A stretch of DNA of 62,507 bases, counting the filler, from Nemertoderma westbladi (taxonomy: Eukaryota; Animalia; Xenacoelomorpha), in NCBI GenBank assembly GCA_032718475.1. It is 3 parts of 3 records of this genome, joined end to end, with 100 filler letters (N's around TTAATTAATTAA, not from the genome) between each part and the next. Parts side by side here need not be neighbours in the genome. Positions count along the whole stretch, not along the records: positions 30,001 to 48,026 come from JAUCBJ010007747.1; 2 more parts are not named here. The stretch is one strand, 5' to 3'. Positions 35,432 through 48,126 of the stretch are shown here, in pieces. The position numbers and the translations under genes were made by a program. Within the stretch, counting starts at the first letter, position 1, and the number at the start of each line of letters is the position of its first letter. Below the pieces are notes generated by a model that saw only the letters and a program-made list of their open reading frames with translations, was not told the origin of the DNA and searched no databases.

Positions 35432-37110
35432 TACGGTGGCCCACAACAACTGTCAACACAAATAATTAACCCACGGCAGAAATTACAATTAACCTTCTCA
35501 CGGCAGAAATTACAATTAACTCTCATGGCAGAAATTTTAATTCATATATTCTAGAAATCACTCTTTAGTACTTCAGCGTTTTCCTCGCACATACTGACTG
35601 CACAGTTGTAAGTGGACCCACGTCAGCAATAAACCGGTGTCCCAGGCGAATCTCCCCCCCCCCCCCCCCCGCGTGGAATGCCCCCCTCCCCTATAGTATA
35701 ATACAGTAATACAGAAGTAGCCCTAGCCTACCGTACAGCCACACAATGATGATAGGGTGATGATAACTCCACCTACTGGCTCCAGAAGTCGAGGAAATCC
35801 TGCCAAGTACCTAACTGATCTAGACTTTGCTGATGACTTAGGAGTACTCTCAGAATCATTAGAGGGAGCCCAGCGGCTCCTCAGCTCATTAGAACATGCT
35901 GCTTCTAGTGTTGGTCTTTTTATTAACTCCAGAAAGACCAAAATTCTGACAGTTAACTTTGAAAGTCCTCAGCAAGTCTCTGATCGGATGAGCATAAGCT
36001 CAAAGGATGGTATGCTTGAGCATGTGGACGACTTCTGTTACCTGGGATCATGGATCCGGAAGTCAGGTGAGGACCTTCGAATACGTAAGGGAAAGGCATG
36101 GGCAGCCTTGAATAGGCTTTCCAGGATTTGGAAGTCACCTAGAATTAATCGGAAACTTAAGGTCCGATTATTTAGAGCAGCAGTAGTTCCAGTACTCCTC
36201 TACGGGAGTCCATGCTGGGCTCTAACTGCTGAGGACACCAAATCTCTGGATGGCACATTCACAAGAATGCTACGCCGGGTACATTGTGTCAAGTACAATG
36301 CACACATCTCCAACCAGACACTATATAACATTGGAGGTGTCTCATTGGTTCCCCCAAGCTTGACACTAGAACAAAATCGCCTCCGCTTTGCAGGACATTG
36401 CTTTCGCCGTGAGGACCAGCCAGTGCATAATCTTGTACTTTGGCAGCCTCATGGAGTGAATAAGCATGGTGGACAGCCCATGACTTTCTTGAGACGCATC
36501 TTAAAGGACACTGGCCTTAAAGATGCGGATGATCTAGCAAATGTCATGGGTGATAGGGAGTTGTGGCGGTGCAATTTTGTTGACAAGCCGGCACAGCATT
36601 CTTAAAAATGCAGCTGCAATGCAGCATGCCGATCCTAGTAGTAGCCACACAACATTGGTTAATCTACTGTACAATTTTACTTGAATTTATTGGTTTATTT
36701 TTTTGGTTAGGGTTAATTGGTCAGGCCCAAACCGTAATTATAACTGTCATGTAACTTAACCCTAAGTCATGAAACTGACAACTGTGCTAACAAATGTGCA
36801 GTCAGTATGCGCGAGGAAAACGCTGAAGAGTGAGTTCTAGAATATGAATAAAAATTTTCTGCCATGAGAGTTTTTTGTAATTTCTGCAGTGAGAAAGTTA
36901 ATTGCAAATTCTGCCGTGAGAAAGTTAATTGTACTTTCTGCCGTGAGTTAATTGTAATTTCTGCCGTGAGAAAGTTAATTGCAAATTCTGCCGTGAGAAA
37001 GTTAATTGCAAATTCTGCCGTGAGAAAGTTAATTGTAATTTCTGCCGTGAGTTAATATTAATTTCTGCCGTGGATTAATTATATTTGTTTGACAGTTGTG
37101 GGCCACCGTA
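35432..37110. mobile_element. Non-autonomous IS3EU-like DNA transposon containing a LINE insertion
   Basis: Termini TACGGTGGCCCACAAC and GTTGTGGGCCACCGTA, long imperfect TIRs with CACGGCAGAAATTACAATTAAC sub-repeats, and a 6-bp TSD AAAACT at 35426-35431 and 37111-37116. TAYGG termini with a 6-bp TSD are IS3EU hallmarks. Confidence 0.8.
35747..36643 (+). mobile_element. RTE-type LINE copy 2, 5'-truncated, RT C-terminal frame intact (35757-36605)
   Basis: Near-identical to ~10830-11722, with a (TAG)n tail and TSD AGCCACACAA at 35737-35746 and 36643-36652. Confidence 0.95.
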
Positions 37111-37671
37111 AAAACTTATCTTGATATCGAACCAATATACAAGTCCATTGGAAAGAGTTTTTGCCTTTGCAATGCGCGTTATTTTTTTCTCGCCCATATT
37201 TTTTGCTTCAATTTTTCGGGCCCATTTTTTCTGCCCATTTCAACTTTCAACTACAGTACTTGCAGACTTGAATAGCACTGGCAGTATATCTGTATTGATC
37301 TTATTTGAATTCACCTCTCTTTTATGAAAGCTCTAATTCGATCAATTCAATGGTCACCTACGCAAAAATTTACCTACGCGAAACAGCACTCCATCGCCTA
37401 CGCGTAGCCTACGCGTAGTTTACGCGGAAAAGTCGAACCCCTGCACCTACAATACTACTGTACACTGCTACAGTACCAAGATGTAGAGTACAAGCCTATA
37501 GTCTAGGCCTACAGATATTATTTATTGCATATTAATATACACAGTTGAGCTGACAGCAGTTCTGCCTTTCACTTCTGCACTTCCACTTACCTGCTCCTGT
37601 GCTTACGACTGTACGACTTATATTCTGAGGCAACCGGTCACATACTCTTTACGATTACACAACCGTCAACG

Positions 37672-38733
37672 ATGTATAATATTGCCGTGGACTCTCAGCA
37701 ATCCCTGGTGATCACAAAGTCTATTTTCCTTAATATCTGCTTAGAAAATGAGGCATTCATTCAATCCTTTCTCGACGATTACTTGGAAAAACATATGAAC
37801 ATCCTCGAGGAATTCATTTCAAACAGATGCACCGCGGGCCAAGTTGCGAAGTGGCTTCAGATCCTCGTTAATAAACAAAACGAACCGCAGGCACCGGTAG
37901 TTGGTGATGACCTACACGCATCCGGGGCCAAGAGTTCTATTACGTCGCCAAATCATGGCCAGTTTAAACGGAACCAGTCGTTAGTTCGTCCTTATCTCAA
38001 ACGTAATACAGGTACCATTAATAATGCCGGACATAACTTCCGGAATATTCCCTTTAATTCGGCGTACAAACATTCTACAAATAGTGCATTTGATAAAGAA
38101 GTTTATAGTTCTGTAAGACGAAGACGTGGAATGTATTCCGATTGTGTGAACGCGCTTCCGGATACTCAAACCGAACTATTCTATAATCCTGACGTTCCAG
38201 AACTACCGGAAGAGATGTCGAACGACTGTCATTTCATTACCTCGGAGACGAATAAAGATAGAATAAACTCGCTAGGCCTCTTTACTTCTTCAGCTCCGTT
38301 GAGTTGTCTAGCTCAAGCTTCTAACATTACAAGTAGTTACAGCGGTAATGATTTCGACAAGGAAACTGTAGCAATTTTATCGCCAAATTGTTCTGAATCT
38401 GAATTACCAAAAACTAGTAGGATGAAGGTTGAGGGAGCCACTCAACCCCATCAAGATATCACTAGACTTAATCAAAGCATAACTCAGGCGCCAAAAGCCA
38501 CTCCATATAAATCCACTGCTGTGTCTCCTGAAGGAACCAATCAACCTAAACGATATGTTAAGACTGCATGTTGGTACTGTAACCGAACATTCTCCCTTAT
38601 GTGGAACCTCAAGGCCCACATACGAGAAGTACACCACAGAGTCAAATATCGGTGCCACATCTGCCCACAGACTTTCACCAGAAATTCAACTCTTTCCCAT
38701 CACATTCGGAAGAAGCACACAGGTGTCACATGA
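37672..38733 (+). CDS. C2H2 zinc-finger protein with two C-terminal fingers
   Basis: 353-aa ORF ending CWYCNRTFSLMWNLKAHIREVH and CHICPQTFTRNSTLSHHIRKKH. The middle is S/T/N-rich; no N-terminal domain recognised. Upstream exons are not excluded. Confidence 0.8.
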   Translation: MYNIAVDSQQSLVITKSIFLNICLENEAFIQSFLDDYLEKHMNILEEFISNRCTAGQVAKWLQILVNKQNEPQAPVVGDDLHASGAKSSITSPNHGQFKRNQSLVRPYLKRNTGTINNAGHNFRNIPFNSAYKHSTNSAFDKEVYSSVRRRRGMYSDCVNALPDTQTELFYNPDVPELPEEMSNDCHFITSETNKDRINSLGLFTSSAPLSCLAQASNITSSYSGNDFDKETVAILSPNCSESELPKTSRMKVEGATQPHQDITRLNQSITQAPKATPYKSTAVSPEGTNQPKRYVKTACWYCNRTFSLMWNLKAHIREVHHRVKYRCHICPQTFTRNSTLSHHIRKKHTGVT

Positions 38734-39344
38734 TGGTCTTTTACTTTCACAATTGTTTATTGAGGGAAATTTTTAGATTTTGTGACTTTTTTTGTTTACA
38801 GTAGTTTATTATAATTTGTAGTTATTAGTAGAATTACAGCTGACCGAACCGTGTCTGTGGCTAGTGTGAGTTGTTCTATCTCTGATAAAATCCTTGAGGC
38901 AAAACAACCAAGACAGCTGAAGAGTAGCGGTAATTTTCACGCATGATGTTCTACCTCTGTGAAAAAAATAACAATAAAACTGTTTTTTTTCATTAAAATA
39001 TTATTTTCTGACAGCCAGCTCCCTATTTACTAATTTATCATTGTGCATACATACATACATCTGTGACATCTGTTCAAAACATTAGGAGAAGGAATTCATA
39101 ATGACGCAAATGAGTTAGGTGTAATTTTTTTTAGTTTTTTTTTTCGAAACGATACTTTTTGGTGCATGCTGTTCTGGTTCTAATCTATGGTAACGATATT
39201 ATTTAATCGAAAAGTAAACATCAGAGTGAGAGGATGCCTCTGTATTCACTGCAGCTGCATGTGTACTATTGTATCCAACTAGCTGCTATTGTATACTACT
39301 AGCACTCCATTGCATGTATGTCCTCTTATACAATTGCACTTTGT

Positions 39345-39505
39345 CTACAGCGTGTAGACCTTGGATATATAACAGTATGTAGAAGAATAGCAAAAATGTA
39401 GACCTTGGATAAAAAGTAATGTAGACCTTGAGTGATAAAATTTAATTTATTCAAGTGTACAATTATCCAAGGTCTACAAACTTAATCCAAGGTCTACATT
39501 TGCTC
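39345..39505. repeat. Small palindromic cluster of TGTAGACCTTGGATA / ATCCAAGGTCTACA motifs (MITE remnant)
   Basis: Three direct copies followed by two inverted copies. Confidence 0.55.
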
Positions 39506-39759
39506 AATGAAATTTGGTATACACATTATGATTATAGTTTTTAAAAATTAATTGAAGTTATGTTTTGGAAGCCAATTACAAATGCTTACATAACTAATAT
39601 ATATTGATATATATTCATTATCATTGTTATCTTAAGTAATTACTCGTTCAAGGCCAACACTTTTATATCTAATTCGAGTATAGTCGACAAAGGAGTCTTC
39701 CTGCGAAACTGTAAAAAGAAACTGTAAAAATTATTCTGCTTGTATGTTGTCATTGTTGT

Positions 39760-42700
39760 ACTAAAAAGAAAATAAAATCCACTATCATAGCTTTAATTTA
39801 AATTTGTCCCAAATAGGTTGTTTGTGTCCCATATAGGGTGTTGTGTCCCGTATAGGGTTTGGAGTGCTTAAAATGATTTCAAATAGTTTCGAAATGTAAT
39901 GGAATGCTCAAAAGAATATAGAATTCAATATCATACCTTTCATTTAAATTTGTCCCAAATAGGTTGTTTGTGTCCCATATAGGGTGTTTGTGTCCCATAT
40001 AGGGTGTTTGTGTCCCAAATTGCGTGTGACTTTCACAAAATGATTTTACATAGTTTATAAATATAATGGAATACTCAAAAGAAAATATAATTCACTATCA
40101 TAGCTTTAATTTCAATTTGTACCAAATAGGTTGTTTTTGTCCCATACAGGGTGTTTGTGTCCCGTATAGGGTGTGAATTGCTTATATTGATTTCAAATAG
40201 TTTATAAATATAATGGAATACTCAAAAGAAAATAGAATTCACTATCACAGCTTTAATTTAAATTTGTCCCAAATAGGTTGTTTATGTCCCATAATATAGG
40301 GTGTTTGTGTCCCATATAGGGTGTTTGTGACCTAAATTGCGTGTGACTTTCTCAAAATGATTTTACATAGTTTATAAATGTAATGGAAATACTCAAAAGA
40401 AAATAGAATCCACTATCATAGCTTTAATTTAAATTTGTCCCAAATAGGTTGTTTATATCCCATATAGGGTGTTTGTGTCCCATATAGGGTGTTTGTGACC
40501 TAAATTGCGTGTGACTTTCTCAAAATGATTTTACATAGTTTATAAATGTAATAAATACTCAAAAGAAAATAGAATCCACTATCATAGCTTTAATTTAAAT
40601 TTGTCCCTAATAGGTTGTTTATGTCCCATATAGGGTGTTTGTGTCCCATATAGGGTGTTTGTGTCCCATGTAGGGTGTTTGTGTCCCAAATAGCGTGTGA
40701 CTTTCTCAAAATGATTTTAAATAGTTTCTAAATCTCATGGAATACTCAAAAGAATATAGAATTCACTACCATAGCTTTAATTTCAATTTGTCCCAAATAG
40801 GTTGTTTTTGTCCCATATAGGGTGATTGTGTCCCGTATAGGGTGTGAATCATTTTGAGAAAGTCATACGCTATTTGGCACAAAAACACCCTATATGGGAC
40901 AAAAACAACCTATTTGGGACAAATTTAAATTAAAACTGTGATAGTGGATTCTATTTTCTTTTGAGTATTTCCATTATATTTATAAACTATGTAAAATCAT
41001 TTTGAGAAAGTCACACGCTATTTGGGACACAAACACCCTATATGGGACACAAACACCCTATATGGGACATAAACAACCTATTTGGGACACATTTAAATTA
41101 AAGCTATGATAGTGGATTCTATTTTCTTTTGAGTATTTCCATTATATTTATAAACTATGTAAAATCATTTTGAGAAAGTCACACGCTATTTGGGACACAA
41201 ACACCCTATATGGGACACAAACACCCTATATGGGACATAAACAACCTATTTGGGACAAATTTAAATTAAAGTTATGATAGTGGATTCTATTTTCTTTTGA
41301 GTATTTCCATTATATTTATAAACTATGTAAAATCATTTTGAGAAAGTCACACGCTATTTGGGACACAAACACCCTATATGGGACACAAACACCCTATTTG
41401 GGACAAATTTAAATTAAAGTTATGATAGTGGATTCTATTTTCTTTTGAGTATTTCCATTATATTTATAAACTATGTAAAATCATTTTGAGAAAGTCACAC
41501 GCTATTTGGGACACAAACACCCTATATGGGACACAAACACCCTATATGGGACATAAACAACCTATTTGGGACACATTTAAATTAAAGCTATGATAGTGAA
41601 TTCTATATTCTTTTGCGTATTCCATTACATTTAGAAAATATTTGAAATCATTATAAGCAATTCACACCCTATATGGGACACAAACACCCTATATGGGACA
41701 CAAACAATCTATTTGGGACAAATTTAAATTAAAGTTATGATAGTGGATTCTATTTTCTTTTGAGTATTTCCATTATATTTATAAACTATGTAAAATCATT
41801 TTGAGAAAGTCACACGCTATTTGGGACACAAACACCCTATATGGGACACAAACACCCTATATGGGACATAAACAACCTATTTGGGACACATTTAAATTAA
41901 AGCTATGATAGTGAATTATATTCTTTTGAGTATTCCATTACATTTAGAAAATATTTGAAATCATTATAAGCAATTCACACCCTATATGGGACAAAAACAA
42001 CCTATTTGGGACAAATTGAAATTAAAGCTATGGTAGTAAATTCTATATTCTTTTGAGTATTCCATGAGATTTAGAAACTATCTAAAATCAATTTGAGAAA
42101 GTCACACGCTATTTGGGACACAAACACCCTATATGGGACACAAACACCCTATATGGGTCATAAACAACCTATTTGGGACAGATTTAAATGAAAGCTATGA
42201 TAGTGATTTCTATATTCTTTTGAGTATTCCATTACATTTCGAAACTATTTGAAATCAATTTGAGAAAGTCACACGCTATTTGGGACACAAACACCCTATA
42301 TGGGACACAAACACCCTATATGGGTCATAAACAACCTATTTGGGACAGATTTAAATGAAAGCTATGATATTGATTTCTATATTCTTTTGAGTATTCCATT
42401 ACATTTCGAAACTATTTGAAATCATTATAAGCACTTCACACCCTATACGGGACACAAACACCCTATATGGGACACAAACAACCTATTTGGGACAAATTTA
42501 AATTAAAGTTATGATAGTGGATTCTATTTTCTTTTGAGTATTTCCATTATATTTATAAACTATGTAAAATCATTTTGAGAATGTTACATGCTATTTGGGA
42601 CAAAAACTCCCTGTATAGGACATAAACACCCTATATAGGACAAAAACAACCTATTTGGGACAAATTGAAATGAAAGCTATGGTAGTGAATTCTATATTAT

Positions 42701-43612
42701 TTTGAGTATTCCCTTACATTTAGAAACTATTTGAAATCATGATAAGCAATTCACACCCTATATAGGACACAAACACCCTATATGGGACAAAAACAATCTG
42801 TTAGGGACAAATTTAAATTAAAGCTATGATAGTGGATTCTATATTCTTTTGAGCATTCCATGAGATTTAGAAACTATTTAAAATCATTTTGAGAAAGTTA
42901 CACGCTGTTTGGGACACAAACACCCTATATGGGACACAAACAACCTATTTGGGACAAATTTAAATAAAAGCTGATAGTGAATTCTATATTCTTTTGAGTA
43001 TTCCATTACAATTCGAACCTATTTGAAATCATTATAAGCACTTCACACCCTATACGGGACACAAACACCCTATATGGGACACAAACAACGTATTAGGGAC
43101 AAATTTAAATTAAAGCTATGATAGTGGATTCTATTTTCCTTTGAGTATTTCCATTACATTTATAAACTATGTAAAATCATTTTGAGAAAGTCACACGCAA
43201 TTTAGGTCACAAACACCCTATATGGGACACAAACACCCTATATGGGACATAAACAACCTATTTGGGACAAATTTAAATTAAAGCTATGATAGTGGATTCT
43301 ATTTTCTTTCGAATATTTCCATTATAATTATAAACTTTGTAAAATCATTTTGAGAATGTTACATGCTATTTGGGATAAAAACTACCTGTATGGGACATAA
43401 ACACCCTATATGGGACATAAACAACCTATTTGGGACAAATTGGAATTAAAGCTATGATTATGAAGTCGATATTCTTTTCTGTATTCCTTTACATTTATAA
43501 ACTATTTGAAATAATTTTGATAAAGCTACAGGCTATTTTGGAAAAAATCAACCTATATGGGACACTAACAACCTATTTGAGTCAAATTTTAGACTTATTA
43601 AAGACTATTTGG
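39760..43612. repeat. ~170-bp satellite-like tandem array with ~20-bp sub-repeats; orientation switches at ~40848
   Basis: About 6 units contain GTTTGTGTCCCATATAGGGT (39760-40847), then about 16 units contain its reverse complement ACCCTATATGGGACACAAAC. Unit length varies with the number of sub-repeats. Confidence 0.93.
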
Positions 43613-43741
43613 GATGAAGTTGAGTCTGGGGGGGGGGGGGGAGGTTGCGATATCACTAATTTGATTGTCATTTAATTATTATTTATAATTAATATATTAT
43701 AATTAATTATTATTAATTATTACTATGTAATTTATTATAAG

Positions 43742-43832
43742 TGAATAAATTGCACCACATGAATAAATTGCACAATGAATAAGTTGCACAACATGAATAA
43801 ATTGCACAATATGAATAAATTGCACAACATGA
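43742..43832. repeat. ~20-bp tandem repeat CATGAATAAATTGCACAA
   Basis: About five imperfect copies. Confidence 0.85.
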
Positions 43833-44323
43833 AATGAAATAATGTGACTATGATGACACTACTATAGCCTATAATGCATCACAGTCTTACAGGCCATTTG
43901 CAAGCCACCCACAGTATATCTTTAACCATAACTAGGGAACATGTATTCCAAATGCCCTTTTTTAGAATGGGAATTTCCATTTAACATATACCTCAACCAG
44001 CTCTTGTCCCAAATACGTTGTTCTGTCCAGTATAGGTTGTTATAATGAGCCCCGGATTCGTAGCTGACACTTGGATTATATATCAGTGGAATTTTCCATT
44101 AACCTTTACTTTATATAGCCAATAAGGGAGATGCCTAACTTTAGGAATGTTGGTATTGGTCCGAAGACGAGGAGTTGGCTCATATGATGATTTGATTGGA
44201 TGCCCCTATATTGGACAGGTTGGAAATCATTACACAACGTATTTGGGACAGGTAGGAATAATAGAAAGCCCCATAGAAGTGAAGGGGAACACCCTATTCT
44301 GGACAATGATGTAGATACTACTA

Positions 44324-45588
44324 TTGGTTCACGGTCTTTGACATAAGTGACCATTATTACCGTAATGTGTGTGTGTGTGTGTGTTAGTGGGTGTGTGTGT
44401 GTGTGTGTGTGTCCAGAGCGATATCTCAGTTATTTATTAATCAATCGAAATAAAATTTGGACAAAAGTTAGATATAGGGATGGCGAAGGCTCATACAAAA
44501 AATTGGGTGTCGAGATGGTATTTGTGCGATGTGAGCGCTATATTTGCGTGTTTTCGCATGGTTTAGGAAAAAGCTATCTTGTCATAGGGAACGCAATGAA
44601 TGATTCTGATATTTGGCATGGAGGTACCTGAATTATTTATAAATCGATTAACGGAGGCCGATTTTTAAATTTGGACCTACATTATGACCTAATTGAAGAT
44701 TTAATTAAGGTAATTAATTAGCATTAGCAATTACCAATACTGCAGTACCGGTACTGCAGTCCTGTAGGCCCTAGACTGCTAGTACTGTCTGATTGTACTG
44801 ATGTCTGCTAGTACGGTCCGATGGTTAGCAATCTTAGCACTATGCACTACCTGCTAGCATACCAGCATACTGGCATAGCAGCAAACTGGCAGTACCAAGT
44901 ACCGGTACTTCTGACTGGCAGACCGGCATAGCATTTCAGTTTATTATTATCCATCAGGTAGGCTATGCCTGGCTTAAATATAATATTTCGCCATGTTCGC
45001 AGGCGACTTCGCACTGACTACCGGTAGGCCTATGCAGCTATGCTATGAGATTAACCGTCCAGTCGTTCAGATGCATATGGTACCGGTACCGGAACGGGTT
45101 ACGGTTTAATCCTGCATTTGTCAATTACGACAATACCGGTACGACTTTGAGTACCGGGTACCGCTGTACCGGTACGCGGTAGCCTACCGTTACCGGTTGA
45201 CCGGTAGGCGTAGGCGGTAGACCTACGGTGCGATGGTAGCCCTGTAGCCAGCCAGTAGGTGGTCGTGGTAGGCTTACCGTACCGGTATAAATGTTGGCGG
45301 ATGGCGGGATGACGTCGTGTGGCGCGTAATTACTTACCGGTTGCCGGTAGACGCCTACCCAACTCGTAACTGGTGGTCGTGGTCGTGGTGGGATGAGCAT
45401 GAGGTCGCCTACGATGGGAACAAGTGAAAAGGAAACATAGGCCTACCCGAACGAAAACGTACCGGTCAGCCGCCAGCCGGTACCCGAATACTGGGTACAG
45501 GGGTACGTTTCGACAATGATGTATCGGTTATTATTATTGTACTGATTAAGTAGGAGGACCGTGAACCCTCCGGGCTTGCCAGCTTGTT
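44324..45588 (+). mobile_element. Non-autonomous Helentron-associated element (HINE)
   Basis: Sub-terminal inverted repeat GGTTCACGGTC (44326-44336) / GACCGTGAACC (45557-45567), a (GT)n microsatellite just after the 5' end, a GATATCTC...AAAATTTGG core, and a short GC-rich 3' segment ending CTTGTT. Confidence 0.72.
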
Positions 45589-46249
45589 GCAACATGTAGT
45601 GGGCTGCTAAGGCGTAATCTGATTGTATTCGGACGTCAAACTTTTAATAATTTTATTTAAATTATTGTGCGAACTTTTTAGATCTTTTACACATACGGCA
45701 AAAAGACAAACCCCATTTACCATACTGCCATAGTACTGTAGCAGATAGATAATATACCGGTAAATATATGATAGAGCTTACTGTGCTGTGGGAATATCCT
45801 AAACCTACATCTGCCCAGGGCTGGCAAAGTAGGTTTTTTAGCACCTAGGTTTTTTTAAATCACCTACTTTCAGACTTTTGAAAACTTCATCAAAAATAGG
45901 TTTTTTAGGTTTTTTTTAGTTAAATTTACTTTAAAATAGGGCTGGCTACTTTACTTTGCCTTTGGGGACAACTTTGCCCGATATTTTCTTGATCAACATA
46001 AACACTGTTTGTCAGCAATTAATTAATTAATTAATCATTCATTTTTGTACTAACTGAATATAGAGCATTAATAGGAGATTCTAACAGTAACTGCAGTAGG
46101 CCTATACATTTTATAGCTGTAGGCCTATAGCACTTTAGCAGGGTAGGCCTACAGCCTATAGCTGTATAGAGCTAATGCTAATTATACACATGCATACTCT
46201 ATAATCGAATACCGGTAGGCTATGTTCAAATCATATTAATTACATAACA

Positions 46250-46967
46250 TGCACCCTCCCACCCTCATAAGCACATCTACTTAACCGCACCCACCCACCT
46301 ACATAAGCACGTCTACTTAACCGCACCCACCCTCCTAAGCACGTCTACTTAACCGCACCCAGCTACCCCCCTTAGCACGTGTACTTAACCGCAAACACCC
46401 ACCCACCCACCTAAGCACATCGACTTGCCGCACCCACCCACCCACCTAAGCACACCTACTTAACCGCACCCGCCCACCCACCCTCCTAAGCAAATCGACT
46501 TAACCGCACCCACCCCACCTAAGCACACCTACTTAACTGTACCCACCCACCCTCCTAAGCACGTCTACTTAACCGCACCCACCCACCTACATAAGCACGT
46601 CTACTTAACCGCACCCACCCACCCACCTAAGCACACCTACTTAACCGCACCCTCCCACCCACCTAAGCACGTGTACTTAACCACACCCACCCACCCACCC
46701 ACATAGCACATCGACTTAACGGCACCCACCCACCTACCTAAGCACACCTACTTAACCGCACCCACCCACCTACATAAGCACGTCTACTTAACCGCACCCA
46801 CCCACCAACCTAAGCACGTCTACTTAACCGCACCCACACACCAAACTAAGCAAGAACGTCTACTTAACCGCACCCAACCTCCCCTACCCCTACACACCTA
46901 ATTACCCGCACTCACCTACCCCTACCCACCCTCCCTCCCTCCCACACCCTATTTACCCGCACCGACC
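46250..46967. repeat. C-rich ~35-45-bp minisatellite (AAGCACGTCTACTTAACCGCACCCACCCACCT)
   Basis: About 17 imperfect copies with variable CCCA runs. Confidence 0.93.
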
Positions 46968-46971
46968 CACC

Positions 46972-47169
46972 GAGTGAAGAAGCATGGTGGACAGCCCATG
47001 ACTTTCTTGAGACGCATCTTAAAGGACACTGGCCTTGAAGATGCGGATGATCTAGCAAATGTCATGGGTGATAGGGAGTTGTGGCGGTGCAATTTTGTCG
47101 AAAAGCCGGCACAGCATTCTTAAAAATGCAGCTGCAATGCAGCATGCCGATCCTAGTAGTAGTAGTAGT
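46972..47169 (+). mobile_element. RTE-type LINE copy 3, 3'-terminal ~200 bp
   Basis: Matches 11537-11722, has a (TAG)5 tail and a 14-bp TSD TACCCGCACCGACC at 46954-46967 and 47169-47182. Confidence 0.95.
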
Positions 47170-47730
47170 ACCCGCACCGACCGCCCGAACCTAACAAACA
47201 CACCCACCCCTAATTGATCTACCTTATTCAGACTCCACGGCAAACATTCTCGGAGCAATCATGCCGTACCAGAAATTTGCAAAAACGGAAAGCGTGGACA
47301 GTTTTCGCCAAAACCTTTTTTACAAGAACCGTTTTTTGATAATAGTTTCCTATAAAATAATGCTAAGAAGTATTTACATCCTAGAACATTCGATAACTAT
47401 TGTAAATTATTGTAATTAATAGGTAGGTTGCTTTTTTTACCATATATTATTAAATAAATGTGAGATAGTTAGTGCAGTTAGTTTAATTATAATATCGTAA
47501 ACATCACTGCACAAAAACGCGTTTTACACACCAGATCTTTAAAACATTATCTTTATTCGCATGCGAAAATAAGGGTTATGCCAGAGCCAGCCTAGAGGCC
47601 AAGCAAAGTACCGGTAGCCGTAGCAATGCAAGAAGCTAGAAGCTTCCTATTGGGTGCTATTTTTAGATCCTTCCCCCTTTTCTTACCCCCTCATCCGTGC
47701 CACCACTGGTTCAGCCAAACAACCCAGGCA

Positions 47731-48000
47731 GCTCCGTAGCCCATCATTGTTCCAATTCTTCCGGTAGGCTATCATTACGGCTCTCCTAATTTGTTTCAAA
47801 TTTGTTTCACTGGCATACTTAACATTGTTCCAATTTTTTGAGCTCCGTAGCCCATCATTGTTCCAATTCTCCGGTAGACTATCATTACGGCCCTCCTAAT
47901 TTGTTTCAAATTTGTTTCACTGGCATACATAGCATTGCAGGTAGGACACCATTACGTGGCTCCTAATATGTTTCAATTATGTTCCAATTTTGTTTCAACT
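47731..48000. repeat. ~111-bp tandem repeat (GCTCCGTAGCCCATCATTGTTCCAATTCT...), about 2.5 copies
   Basis: Units start at 47731 and 47842, followed by a degenerate third unit. Confidence 0.8.
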
Positions 48001-48026
48001 AACAGAGACATACTAGTGGCAGTACG

Positions 48027-48126
48027 NNNNNNNNNNNNNNNNNNNNNNNNNNNNNNNNNNNNNNNNNNNNTTAATTAATTAANNNNNNNNNNNNNNNNNN
48101 NNNNNNNNNNNNNNNNNNNNNNNNNN
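48027..48126. other. Assembly gap with artificial TTAATTAATTAA linker
   Basis: 100-nt N block with the linker at 48071-48082. Confidence 0.97.
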
